Shown here one piece after another: positions 36,262 to 46,100 of a DNA stretch of 51,573 nt (the stretch's first letter is position 1; the number at the start of each line of letters is the position of its first letter). Under the pieces are notes generated by a model that saw only the letters and a list, made by a program, of their open reading frames with translations, searched no databases and was not told where the DNA came from. Made by a program: the position numbers and the translations under genes. The DNA comes from Candidatus Omnitrophota bacterium (GTDB taxonomy: Bacteria; Omnitrophota; Gorgyraeia; Zapsychrales; JANLHA01): contig JAGLNJ010000116.1 in assembly GCA_023139575.1 (NCBI GenBank), forward strand, positions 1 to 51,573. Direction: 5' to 3'.

Positions 36262-37626
36262 TCACTCATTTACATGAAACTCATCATCAGCTATATTGAG
36301 GTCTAATTCTAATTCTTCAATATTCCAATCCATTGTCATATTAGCATATTCTCTCACGTGACCTATTGTTTTTCCTCGAGTGGGCAAATATTTACCTGAA
36401 TATTTCTTTACGCCAACCACAAGCTCATCTTTTGCTAATTCATATTCATTCCCTGACCCAAGTATTCCTATCCAATAATCTCTTAGTGCCACAACCAACT
36501 CAAGATTTAAGTCAATTATTATCTCAACCTTTGGTCGAGGGGGATATGGGCCACCATTTGGGTCTTTCAAAGAACCTGAAATTAAATAAAGATTTGGCTC
36601 AACATCAAAAGTATAAAGCTCATCTAAATAATTGGGCACATTTGCTAATTTATTAACTTTCAAATTATAATCTTGTTGCACCTGGTATAAATTATCCAAT
36701 CCAATGCGATGAAGAATAGGTATTGTATTTATATCTAGGTTACTTTGGTTTAATATTCTCTCTTGATTAGGGTCAAGGACAAAATAATCTCCATCCTTTA
36801 CAATAGTAACTGCGTCATTTTGAATTGCTTTGAAAAAGCCGGGTTTACGGTAAAATATCTCCTCAAGCGTTTGGTTCCCGCCGTTGGTTAGCTTAAAATG
36901 GACAGATTCTAAAGAATCCAACTTTCTTTGAATAACCTTAATAACCTCATTTACAGTTTTATCACTTTCAACTATCTGATAAAGAGCTGCTCTCGCCTTC
37001 AAATTAAACTCTGACAAACGATTTTCAGCCTTACTCTTGAAAGAAATCTTTATATCATTGCTAATTCCATCATCATATAAGTAAAAATCCTTTCCGTCGC
37101 CACCTGTTTCCATCATTTTTGCACCTATCTTCGCCATGTCGTAGTGTCCAATGGTTTTTCTTAAAAATTCCATATACTCTTTATCATTTACGAGCTCAGG
37201 CGATTCATTAAGAAATATTTCTGTGTGATAAATAATTCTTAAACACAATTCGTCTGTAAAATGATGCTTTTGACCGAGAGAGTTGTATGCTCGAACTAAA
37301 TTCTCATGAAGTTCCTTTGGTGCTTTGTCGCCAGTCGATTCAATGGCATTAAAAATGTTGATATAGTTTCCAATCGCAGTTTGATATTCTTGCAAATTAT
37401 GATAGGTTTCAGCCATAGCAAAAACAAAGGCCATTTGACCAGGATTTTTATTATATCCTTGCTCGAGAATTGCTAATGCCTCATTATATTTGCCCTGATA
37501 AATTAATTGATACGCAGTATCCAAATATTCGTTTATAGATTCTGCTCCTGCCGTATTGGCAGGAATTATAAGTAGGCTAAAAAACAAGCTTAAACTTATG
37601 CTTATTGTAATTACTGAATTTCTCAT
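36262..37626 (-). CDS. Exported TPR protein with possible LolA-like C-terminal domain
   Basis: Signal peptide (AGA-ES), TPR (GKYNEALAILEQG, AETYHNLQEYQTAI), YRKPGFFK and C-terminal LDLNIADDEF pattern. Confidence 0.65.
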   Translation of the reverse strand: MRNSVITISISLSLFFSLLIIPANTAGAESINEYLDTAYQLIYQGKYNEALAILEQGYNKNPGQMAFVFAMAETYHNLQEYQTAIGNYINIFNAIESTGDKAPKELHENLVRAYNSLGQKHHFTDELCLRIIYHTEIFLNESPELVNDKEYMEFLRKTIGHYDMAKIGAKMMETGGDGKDFYLYDDGISNDIKISFKSKAENRLSEFNLKARAALYQIVESDKTVNEVIKVIQRKLDSLESVHFKLTNGGNQTLEEIFYRKPGFFKAIQNDAVTIVKDGDYFVLDPNQERILNQSNLDINTIPILHRIGLDNLYQVQQDYNLKVNKLANVPNYLDELYTFDVEPNLYLISGSLKDPNGGPYPPRPKVEIIIDLNLELVVALRDYWIGILGSGNEYELAKDELVVGVKKYSGKYLPTRGKTIGHVREYANMTMDWNIEELELDLNIADDEFHVNE

Positions 37627-37830
37627 AATTTACCTTTCATCAGATTATAAACTTGAGACTAATTATACTTTGCGATACAATGATAGTCAATGCCAAGTCT
37701 TTTCCAATACAAGATGCGCCTGTAGAGACCCAAAGAAAAAATTGAGTCTCTACAGGCTCTTTATTGGATTAGAAAAGACTTCAAGGTGTCATTCTATTAA
37801 CATCATATATAAGGTTATTAAGTTATATTC

Positions 37831-40488
37831 ATGAATAAAGAACTCATCGCTGTTATTCTGCCCGACGGGACAATCCAACTTGAATGGATTGACGCCCAGG
37901 ATAAAATTAATAAAAGCACACAAATATTAGAGAAAGAAATTCTCAAACAATTTCAAGAAGGCTTGCCCTCTTGTCTGCTTTTTCTTGGATTCTGTGATAA
38001 AACTGTCGGGCTATCTCCCTCTCTTGGATTCTTAAGAGACTTTTCCCGTCTATTTGCACTAAAATTGAGCCACACCCCTAATCTTGAACTCATCCGTGAC
38101 AAAGCCGTTATCACCATTGAAGAGCGCGAAATCACAGAAACCTTAAGCAAATCCCCTTTCATGACAGGAGCAGAATATCTAAATGAAAACATTCTTAACA
38201 CACTATGGAAACAGTTAAATACTCAATTTCAACAAAAAATAAAAAAGCACAGAGGATCTGTTGCAGACTTTATCAGAAACTACAGCCCTGATGTCCATCT
38301 TGTTGGTCGTGTTTATTTTCATCTCGTTGAGAATAAAAAAAATGAAGAACTTCCTTTTGCCTTTCTTTCAACATACTCAACAGGTTTTAACAATCAAGGA
38401 AAATCAAAACATTTACCGCTCAAGCATGCCTTGAAAGAATATGGCCATGACAAACAAAGGCTTATCGATCTTCTGGCTACTGTTCATTTAGCCGCTAAGG
38501 AAAGCAAACTTATTACCCGAATTCTGAATTCCGGAGAAATCTTTCATCCCCTGGCCTGGTCGTCAAAGGAAGCATTCAGATTCTTAAAGGAGATAGCGCA
38601 TTATGAAAATTGCGGGATTTTATGCCGGATTCCTGACTGGTGGAAAGCCAATTCAAATTCCTTAAAAATTAACATCTCCATCGGCGACTCTTCTCCCGCT
38701 CATTTGGGAATGGACGCTCTTTTAAATTTTAACGCGCAGATGCTCCTGGGCGATGATGTGATTAGTGCAGAGGAAGTCCAAAAGATCCTCGTGGAATCCG
38801 AAGGGCTCGCTTACATTAAAGGAAAATGGGTTGAAGTTGATCCTGAAAAACTGAACCGGGTTCTTGAGGCCTTTGAAAACGCGAAAAATGCGGAAGAACA
38901 AGGTCTAACACTCAAAGAAGCAATGCGTATCCAAATGGGGACAACTGTTATCTTTAACGGGTCATCAAACGATCTTCTGGAAATCTCAAACGGTCAATGG
39001 CTTAACTCAGTGATTCAAAAATTGCGGCAGCCCGAGATGATCAAATCGATTCATCCAGACAAGGACTTTAAAGCAATCTTAAGAGATTACCAACAAAGTG
39101 GATTAAACTGGCTTCATTTCTTACATTCCCTTCAATTCGGCGCATGCTTAGCTGATGATATGGGATTAGGCAAGACTATTCAAGTCCTTGCCTTTTTAAT
39201 GCTACTAAAAAAGAAAAAGAAGACCTGTTCAAATCTTTTAATTGTTCCCGCTTCCATATTAGCGAACTGGCAGAGTGAAATTCACCGGTTTGCTCCGTCT
39301 TTAAACTTTCTCATTGCGCATCCTGGTGTGAATCCAAAGAGTAAGGAAATTCTGAAAAAGGAACAATTCAGTCAAGAATACGATCTTGTCATCACAACTT
39401 ACGGCCTAACTCAAAAATATGAATCATTAAAATCAAAGCAATGGTATTACATTATCTTAGACGAAGCTCAAGCCATCAAGAACCCGGGAACAAAACAGAC
39501 AAAGGCTGTCAAACAATTAAAGTCACATAACAGAATTATTCTTACTGGAACCCCTATTGAAAATAAACTTTCTGATTTATGGTCCCTCTATGACTTCATC
39601 AATCCAGGGTTATTGGGAAGCCCTAAGGAATTCACAGACTACACCAAAGGATTAAAAGATGATCCTAATCAATATAGTCGATTAAAGAATGTCATTAGCC
39701 CCTATCTCTTAAGACGACTTAAAACTGACAAATCCATTATTTCGGATTTGCCGGATAAAATAGAAATGAAATCCTACGCGGAGCTTAGGAAAAAACAGGT
39801 CGTCTTATATAAACAGCTGATTGATCATATGAGTGAAACCTTAGAAGAATTAAACGGCATTCAGCGCAAAGGCATGATATTATCATCACTGATGAAATTT
39901 AAACAGATTTGTAATCATCCCGGGCAGTATCTCGATAATAACGATTATAACGAACAGGATAGCGGAAAGTTCAGACGGTTAAAAGAAATCTGCGAAACCA
40001 TATTTGATAAAAGAGAAAAAGTCCTCATCTTTACTCAATTCAAAGAGATTACCTCCCCTCTTCATGATTTTCTTAAAACCGTATTTCAGCGGGAAGGATT
40101 GATTTTACACGGCAGTGTCCCGGTGGCTCAAAGAAAAAATATTGTTGAACGATTTCAAAGCAAAGAATATATTCCTTTTTTCATTCTATCGATCAAGGCC
40201 GGTGGTGTTGGACTAAATCTGACAGAGGCGAATCATGTGATTCACTTTGACAGATGGTGGAATCCCGCTGTTGAAAATCAGGCCACAGACCGGGCGTTTC
40301 GCATCGGACAGAATAAAAAAGTGATTGTCCATAAATTTATCACCAAGGGAACCGTTGAGGAGAAAATTGACAATATGCTTGAGGAGAAATCAACTCTTTC
40401 CAAAAGTATAATTCAAAGCTCGAAAGAAAACTGGATTACGGAAATGAACAATAACGCAATCCTGGATTTATTCAAACTCAATTTATAA
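37831..40488 (+). CDS. SNF2-family (SWI2/SNF2) helicase-like ATPase
   Basis: LADDMGLGKT, ILDEAQAIKN, LTGTPIEN, LIFTQF, KAGGVGLNLT, DRWWNPAVENQATDRAFRIGQ. Confidence 0.95.
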   Translation: MNKELIAVILPDGTIQLEWIDAQDKINKSTQILEKEILKQFQEGLPSCLLFLGFCDKTVGLSPSLGFLRDFSRLFALKLSHTPNLELIRDKAVITIEEREITETLSKSPFMTGAEYLNENILNTLWKQLNTQFQQKIKKHRGSVADFIRNYSPDVHLVGRVYFHLVENKKNEELPFAFLSTYSTGFNNQGKSKHLPLKHALKEYGHDKQRLIDLLATVHLAAKESKLITRILNSGEIFHPLAWSSKEAFRFLKEIAHYENCGILCRIPDWWKANSNSLKINISIGDSSPAHLGMDALLNFNAQMLLGDDVISAEEVQKILVESEGLAYIKGKWVEVDPEKLNRVLEAFENAKNAEEQGLTLKEAMRIQMGTTVIFNGSSNDLLEISNGQWLNSVIQKLRQPEMIKSIHPDKDFKAILRDYQQSGLNWLHFLHSLQFGACLADDMGLGKTIQVLAFLMLLKKKKKTCSNLLIVPASILANWQSEIHRFAPSLNFLIAHPGVNPKSKEILKKEQFSQEYDLVITTYGLTQKYESLKSKQWYYIILDEAQAIKNPGTKQTKAVKQLKSHNRIILTGTPIENKLSDLWSLYDFINPGLLGSPKEFTDYTKGLKDDPNQYSRLKNVISPYLLRRLKTDKSIISDLPDKIEMKSYAELRKKQVVLYKQLIDHMSETLEELNGIQRKGMILSSLMKFKQICNHPGQYLDNNDYNEQDSGKFRRLKEICETIFDKREKVLIFTQFKEITSPLHDFLKTVFQREGLILHGSVPVAQRKNIVERFQSKEYIPFFILSIKAGGVGLNLTEANHVIHFDRWWNPAVENQATDRAFRIGQNKKVIVHKFITKGTVEEKIDNMLEEKSTLSKSIIQSSKENWITEMNNNAILDLFKLNL

Positions 40489-40497
40489 GGAAAAGCC

Positions 40498-41379
40498 ATG
40501 TCATATTGGAGCTATTATCCCCCTTATGTCTCTGTCGCGAAAAAACGAGCCAAAGCAGATAAAAAACTTAAAAGCCTGCAAAAGAAAAATCCGAATATTC
40601 GGCCAGTCGTTATTGAAGGCCGTACCATCGCCAGGACATGGTGGGGGAAGGCCTGGAACACAAATCTAGAAAGCTATGCTGACTATACCAACCGTATCGG
40701 ACGTGGACGCAGCTATGTGCGGAATGGTTCCGTACTGGATTTGCAAATACAATCTGGGCTTATCAAAGCTCTGGTACAGGGAGCATTGTCCAGGCCGTAT
40801 AAAGTTCAAATTAAAATAAAAAGTCTGAAAAAAGACATATGGAGAAAAATTAAAACAGAATGTCAGGGAAGTTTTGATTCTCTCCAAGAGCTTCTTCAAG
40901 GCAGCTTTCCAAAATCTTTATCTGACACATTTACTAATCAAAAATCAGGTTTATTTCCCTCTCCTAAAGAAATCTCCTTCGACTGTAGCTGTCCCGACTG
41001 GGCTAACATGTGTAAACATGTCGCGGCTGCACTATACGGCATAGGCGCCCGATTAGACTCAGAACCTGATTTGTTTTTTACTTTAAGAAATGTCAAGATG
41101 GAAGACCTGATAACAGAAGCCGTTAAAGATCAAACAACATCCCTTATCAGCAAAGCCGAGAGGACAAGTTCCAAGGTTATCGATGATTCTAACCTATCAG
41201 AAATCTTTGGGATCGACATTGACGAAACACCGACTCAACCCAAGCCAACACCAAGAAAATTAACAAAAAAACGATCACAAAAATCAGCAAAAAACATAAA
41301 GAAAGCACCGTTTCGAAAGACGAAAAAATTTCAACAAAAAAAGAAGACTACCGCCAGAAAATTGTACCACAAAAAATAG
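40498..41379 (+). CDS. SWIM zinc-finger protein with Lys-rich tail
   Basis: TWWGKAW, NRIGRGRSY, CSCPDWANMCKH. Confidence 0.92.
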   Translation: MSYWSYYPPYVSVAKKRAKADKKLKSLQKKNPNIRPVVIEGRTIARTWWGKAWNTNLESYADYTNRIGRGRSYVRNGSVLDLQIQSGLIKALVQGALSRPYKVQIKIKSLKKDIWRKIKTECQGSFDSLQELLQGSFPKSLSDTFTNQKSGLFPSPKEISFDCSCPDWANMCKHVAAALYGIGARLDSEPDLFFTLRNVKMEDLITEAVKDQTTSLISKAERTSSKVIDDSNLSEIFGIDIDETPTQPKPTPRKLTKKRSQKSAKNIKKAPFRKTKKFQQKKKTTARKLYHKK

Positions 41380-41409
41380 CCAGTCACTCTTTAATGCTGC
41401 CACTGGCTA
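41371..41409 (-). terminator. Possible intrinsic terminator between convergent SWIM and response-regulator genes
   Basis: TAGCCAGT...ACTGGCTA stem, T run on minus strand; long loop. Confidence 0.45.
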
Positions 41410-41461
41410 CTCAGAATTCTTGTTACAGCACTGCCTTCCAAGAATTACTTCTTAATGATAT

Positions 41462-41938
41462 TTATCCATTTAAAATCTTTTTAACTATCGCAATAAGAGC
41501 TTCTTGAGTAAAAGGTTTCGGCAATGAATATCTCACGCCGTATTTATTAACAACTTCAGAGGAAAAATTCTCTGCCGAAGGCTCACCAATAATTTCTTTT
41601 TTCCGATCTTTTTGCAACTGATCTACCATCGTATCATGACGGTCCGTTTCCTGAAAATAAACCTCAGTACCCAACCCGCTCATAATGACCACCTCAACAT
41701 CCTTAGCGCTGCCAACATTTTCAGTAATGTATTGTAAAACTTTATCACCTTTGATCTTTGGCATGACAAAATCAAGAAAGACCACGTCCGGCATCACCTT
41801 AACAGCCATCTCCTGACCTTTTAACCCATCATGCGCCACAAAAACTTCATATTTATCGTTGAGAGATAAGGCCTCGCTCATCAAAAATGTCAGGTCCTGC
41901 TCATCATCAATGATCAAAATTTTTTTCTTTTCCGTCAT
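41462..41938 (-). CDS. Single-domain response regulator with internal insertion
   Basis: ILIIDDE, PDVVFLDFVMP, IMSG, KPF. Confidence 0.9.
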   Translation of the reverse strand: MTEKKKILIIDDEQDLTFLMSEALSLNDKYEVFVAHDGLKGQEMAVKVMPDVVFLDFVMPKIKGDKVLQYITENVGSAKDVEVVIMSGLGTEVYFQETDRHDTMVDQLQKDRKKEIIGEPSAENFSSEVVNKYGVRYSLPKPFTQEALIAIVKKILNG

Positions 41939-41959
41939 AAATAATTTCTTTTTAATGTA

Positions 41960-43891
41960 TTATATTTCTGAAAGAGGAATCTTAATAGTAAATATTGTCC
42001 CGACGCCCACTTCGCTTTTAACCGAAATTGTCCCTTTATGCCGCTCAACGATCATATAAGCAGTACTCAATCCCAAACCCGTTCCCTTCCCTTGCTCCTT
42101 TGTTGTGAAAAAGGGCTCAAAGATCCTGGAGAGTCTTGCCTCCGGGATACCCTCACCCGTATCGACAATTTCTACTATGGCCTGTTTCGGTTTCTGCGAA
42201 TCAGTTGAAATGCTGGATCTAATGGTAATCCTTCCTCGAGTCATAGCATCCAAGGCATTGGTCAACAAGTTAAAAAATACTTGTTGCAACAATATCTTAT
42301 CGGCATTCACCTCAGTTGACGCCTCGCAAGAACTCTCTTTTATTAAGGCAACATTCTTTATCTTGGCATTATTCTCTACTAAAGCAAGCGTTGACTCAAC
42401 AACTTCTTTCAAATTAACGGGGTTCAGCTCAATATCTGAAAAACGCGAGAAATTGAGAAGCTCCACAACAACCTTATTAGCGCGTTCAGCTGCATCTTTA
42501 ATCATTTTGACATGCTTGAGGCATTTTTCATCCTGTTCCACCATCCGTGCCTCCAGGGAGTCGCTACTTAATATAATAATCGCTAAAGGATTCTTGATTT
42601 CATGGGCCACCCCTGCCGACAACTGACCGACAGCCGCCATTTTCTCTGTTTGGATAATCTGGCTCTGGGCTATCTTCAACTCTTCATTAGCCTTCTTGAG
42701 CTGACTTTGAGTATTTTTCATGTCGTATAACATATTCTTCAAGGCCCGCTCATTATGTTGCAGATCCTGATTCGCCAACTTAAGTTCTTCCTCGAATTTC
42801 ACTTTTTCAATATTCTCGGACTCTAATTTCTGATTAGCCATCTTCAGTTCTAAAGCAGAGTTTGCCTTCAATTCAAATTCCATTTTTTTCTTCCGGAAAT
42901 GATAAGAAAAAAACATCCCTGCTAATGCAAATAAAACAATAAATTCAACCCAAAGAAAAATATGCCGTGAATGGGCAAGAACAGGTTCGGCAATCTGGGC
43001 ATAATTGCCGAAAATCCCAATCACCCATTCATTGTCCCCGATCTTCATCGGCATGAAGGCAATCATAAACTTCTCCTTAATTAATCTCCTCGCCTTCTGC
43101 TTGGGCTTTTCGAAAACCCCTACCCCTTCTTGACCATCAAGCATGCGGTTAACAACATCCTTGAGCTGGTGCCAATCAAAATCAGGATATTTATTTTGTG
43201 AATATTCAAAAATATTCTGATTAACCATCAATGGATCCGGTGAAAACAATGTTCTTCCCTGCTTATTCATAGCATAAACATCGTGCACAACTTCTTTACC
43301 GGCCATTTTAAAGTATCTTTTTAATTGATCCAATCTGATCACGCTGAGGATATATCCCACAGGTTCACTGCCATCAAATACAGGATGCGAAATCGATATG
43401 GATAAGCCCCCTTTAGGGTCATCATACGGCTCACTGATAAACAATCCATCTTCCTGCATAAGCTGCCGCACATCGTCTTGCTGGGAAATATCAACCCCGA
43501 TCATATTTTTATTTTCGGGCAACAAGGCCAAGACTTTACCCGAAGCGTTCAAAACGAACAATTTATCAACCATATGCCTAGCCTGAGAAAACACATGAGA
43601 GGCGGGACCATATTCCCCTTCGGCAATATGGGCGCTAATAGTTCCAGTCTTAATTCTTTCAATAACCGCAGGTGTTTTTGAAAAAAAGATCAGTTCTTCT
43701 TCAAAATCGGCTAGAAAATCATGCAGGTAATCAGCAGAAAATCTTAAGGAAACCGCCAGTGTTCTCTGTGCTTGAGAGACAACCGTATTTTCAAACTGCA
43801 CAACATGAAACCTGGCGAAAAATACAAGCCCAAGCACAAAAAGACAGGCTGGTATAAAAAGCAGTTTCTTTCTGAAATTTTTCTGATTCAT
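41960..43891 (-). CDS. Sensor histidine kinase with Cache-like periplasmic domain
   Basis: Two TMs flanking FISEPY/ISISHPV Cache pattern; EKMAAVGQLSAGVAHEIKNPL, NLLTNALDA, DTGEGI, FEPFFTTK, GTGLGL; start uncertain (43891-43921). Confidence 0.93.
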   Translation of the reverse strand: MNQKNFRKKLLFIPACLFVLGLVFFARFHVVQFENTVVSQAQRTLAVSLRFSADYLHDFLADFEEELIFFSKTPAVIERIKTGTISAHIAEGEYGPASHVFSQARHMVDKLFVLNASGKVLALLPENKNMIGVDISQQDDVRQLMQEDGLFISEPYDDPKGGLSISISHPVFDGSEPVGYILSVIRLDQLKRYFKMAGKEVVHDVYAMNKQGRTLFSPDPLMVNQNIFEYSQNKYPDFDWHQLKDVVNRMLDGQEGVGVFEKPKQKARRLIKEKFMIAFMPMKIGDNEWVIGIFGNYAQIAEPVLAHSRHIFLWVEFIVLFALAGMFFSYHFRKKKMEFELKANSALELKMANQKLESENIEKVKFEEELKLANQDLQHNERALKNMLYDMKNTQSQLKKANEELKIAQSQIIQTEKMAAVGQLSAGVAHEIKNPLAIIILSSDSLEARMVEQDEKCLKHVKMIKDAAERANKVVVELLNFSRFSDIELNPVNLKEVVESTLALVENNAKIKNVALIKESSCEASTEVNADKILLQQVFFNLLTNALDAMTRGRITIRSSISTDSQKPKQAIVEIVDTGEGIPEARLSRIFEPFFTTKEQGKGTGLGLSTAYMIVERHKGTISVKSEVGVGTIFTIKIPLSEI

Positions 43892-43904
43892 CGTTTTCAT
43901 CCTT

Positions 43905-44084
43905 TTAATAACCCATTCCAAAACAACCGATGAAAAAATTCACCAACAAAGCAATCCATATAATCAGCCCAAAAATAAAAGGCTTGCTTAGATGGGGCAT
44001 GATTTCCCTGAATTGAACGGACCGGACGGCCCCAAACTGGTCATGGCCAACGTCAGCGCTATCCCCGGGAACATTCCTTTCCAA
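43905..44084 (-). CDS. Possible small membrane protein (59 aa from TTG, or 31 aa from an internal ATG)
   Basis: Open frame filling the gap between the PAS gene and the kinase, ending MPHLSKPFIFGLIIWIALLVNFFIGCFGMGY. Confidence 0.3.
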   Translation of the reverse strand: MERNVPGDSADVGHDQFGAVRSVQFREIMPHLSKPFIFGLIIWIALLVNFFIGCFGMGY

Positions 44085-45701
44085 TCATTCGCCTTTGTCA
44101 AATCCCTCCCCTTCAATAAAGGACAAGTCATAAGGTCGCGGTAATTTTAAACGCGCAGATAAATCGTTTACTTCTTTTTTTAACTCAATCATGCGTTCTT
44201 CCCGATCTATAGTCGCCTCGTAATATTTTTTTAATTCTTCCAAATTCTCATGAAGAAACTTTTCACTATGTTTTCTATCTGTAATATCCGTAAATATCCC
44301 CAGCAACCCTATTACTTCCTCATTAGTATTCCTTAACGGCACCTTGCTGGATAATGTCGTTGCTTCTTCCCCGCCATTCACCACCATCTGCTCCTCGACA
44401 TTAATAAGCGGTTCGCCTTTATCAATTATTTCCTTTTCAGTTTTTAAAATGGCCTCTCTCTTCTCTGTCCCCCAATTTAAATCTTCATCCCTTTTCCCAA
44501 TAATGCATTCGGGGGATTCAAGATTAACCATTTGAGCAAACTTCGTGTTGCATCCCATATAAACCAGATCCCTGTCTTTCCAAAAAATATAGTGCGGAAT
44601 GCGCGTTAACACATTACTCAATATATCCTTCTGTGTCTTTAACGTATCCTCAATCTCTTTTCGTTTTGTTATGTCCTGCATGGTTCCCAGCATCCTAAGG
44701 CTATTTGGCCTCTCATCATCAATAAAAATGCCGCTATCGTCTATAAAACAATACGTTTGATCTTTTCGTTGGAAACGATAATCCACATGGTAATAACCTG
44801 TTCGGGCACGGGCTTCCTTCAGCAAAAAGACGGCGTGTTTTCGGTCCTCAGGATGAATCATTTTTTCCCAAGCCTGGATATCTACGCTCTGGAACTCCGT
44901 GCTTGAGCACCCCGTGATCTGTTCTATCGCCCCAGCCCAATGGATCTTTCCTGATTGCACGTCATAATCATAGACAAGCTGACCTGTCTGCTCGGTAATA
45001 ACGCGATACCGCTCTTCACTTTTCCGCAGCAATCCGTCGGCCTTTTTTTCTTCACTGACATCTGTATAAACAGCCACCAGCCTTCCCGAGGGCAATTTAT
45101 AAACATGATTTTCATACCAGGCCTCAATCTCTTGATCTTTATAAGAAGCCGTTGGTAAATACTCAGAGACACCCGTTAAATAGACCCGCCGAAAAACATC
45201 ATAAAGCCCCATATCCTTAACGCCGGGAAAAACTTCTATTATATTTTTATCTAAAATATCCGCCTTAGATTTTACTCCGGAAATACGCATACCCTCCGCA
45301 TTTATATCCTTAATGTAATATTCCTCGCCGTTCTTCCTTGCCTCATAAACAACAACCCCGGAAAAAATATTTTCAAAAAGGGCGCGGAACGAATCCTCAT
45401 TCTCCAACAAGGCTTTTTCCGACTTCAATCTATATGTGATTTCATGTAATAATTTTATCTGCGAACCGCGCAATCTTTGGTTTAAAATTAAAACCCAAAT
45501 AAAAATAACCGCAAGCCCCATTAGTAGATATTTATATTCCCGTATTACATCGTCTAAAAAGATTGTGTCATTAACCTCACCCTCTGCTATTTCAGCTTGT
45601 ATGGAATACTCTTGCGGGGATGTTTGTTCAGCAAAAACGACGGGAACCTGAAACAGCAATAAAAAAAAGATGAAGTATTTAAAATTCAAACTATATCGCA
45701 T
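44085..45701 (-). CDS. Membrane-anchored multi-PAS sensor protein without catalytic output domain
   Basis: Signal-like N-terminus, TM, three PAS/PAC units (IHPEDR, GTMQDIT, IFWKDRD..YMGCN, GIFTDIT), C-terminal REERMIELKKEVN coil. Confidence 0.88.
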   Translation of the reverse strand: MRYSLNFKYFIFFLLLFQVPVVFAEQTSPQEYSIQAEIAEGEVNDTIFLDDVIREYKYLLMGLAVIFIWVLILNQRLRGSQIKLLHEITYRLKSEKALLENEDSFRALFENIFSGVVVYEARKNGEEYYIKDINAEGMRISGVKSKADILDKNIIEVFPGVKDMGLYDVFRRVYLTGVSEYLPTASYKDQEIEAWYENHVYKLPSGRLVAVYTDVSEEKKADGLLRKSEERYRVITEQTGQLVYDYDVQSGKIHWAGAIEQITGCSSTEFQSVDIQAWEKMIHPEDRKHAVFLLKEARARTGYYHVDYRFQRKDQTYCFIDDSGIFIDDERPNSLRMLGTMQDITKRKEIEDTLKTQKDILSNVLTRIPHYIFWKDRDLVYMGCNTKFAQMVNLESPECIIGKRDEDLNWGTEKREAILKTEKEIIDKGEPLINVEEQMVVNGGEEATTLSSKVPLRNTNEEVIGLLGIFTDITDRKHSEKFLHENLEELKKYYEATIDREERMIELKKEVNDLSARLKLPRPYDLSFIEGEGFDKGE

Positions 45702-46100
45702 TCGTTAAACAATTAAAATATTATTTGTCTGTAAAAAATCTTGAGAATATTATCCCTAATTATTGTATATCAGTTATTTGCGAAAGAAAGAAAGGAATAA
45801 TATTTCTAATACTATAACTTATTTATATGCCTCGTTAATAGAATCTGTGGGTGCATAGATAGCCAAATGCGTCTTAACTAGCTGATAATAAAAGGCTTAT
45901 TAATAGATAAAGCCTTGTGTTTTTTGAGTTCACTTTCAATAATAGCAGTAGAGGCTGTGGGATCTGTGGGAAACCTTTGAGAATTACAGTTTTCCATAGA
46001 TTCCATAGCCTCTAATAACCAATCTTTACCCATAGATTTTGTTAAAGAGCCATTTATATATGTCGTTAATATTAGACGGGCAAACGAATCCTGCTTGCTA

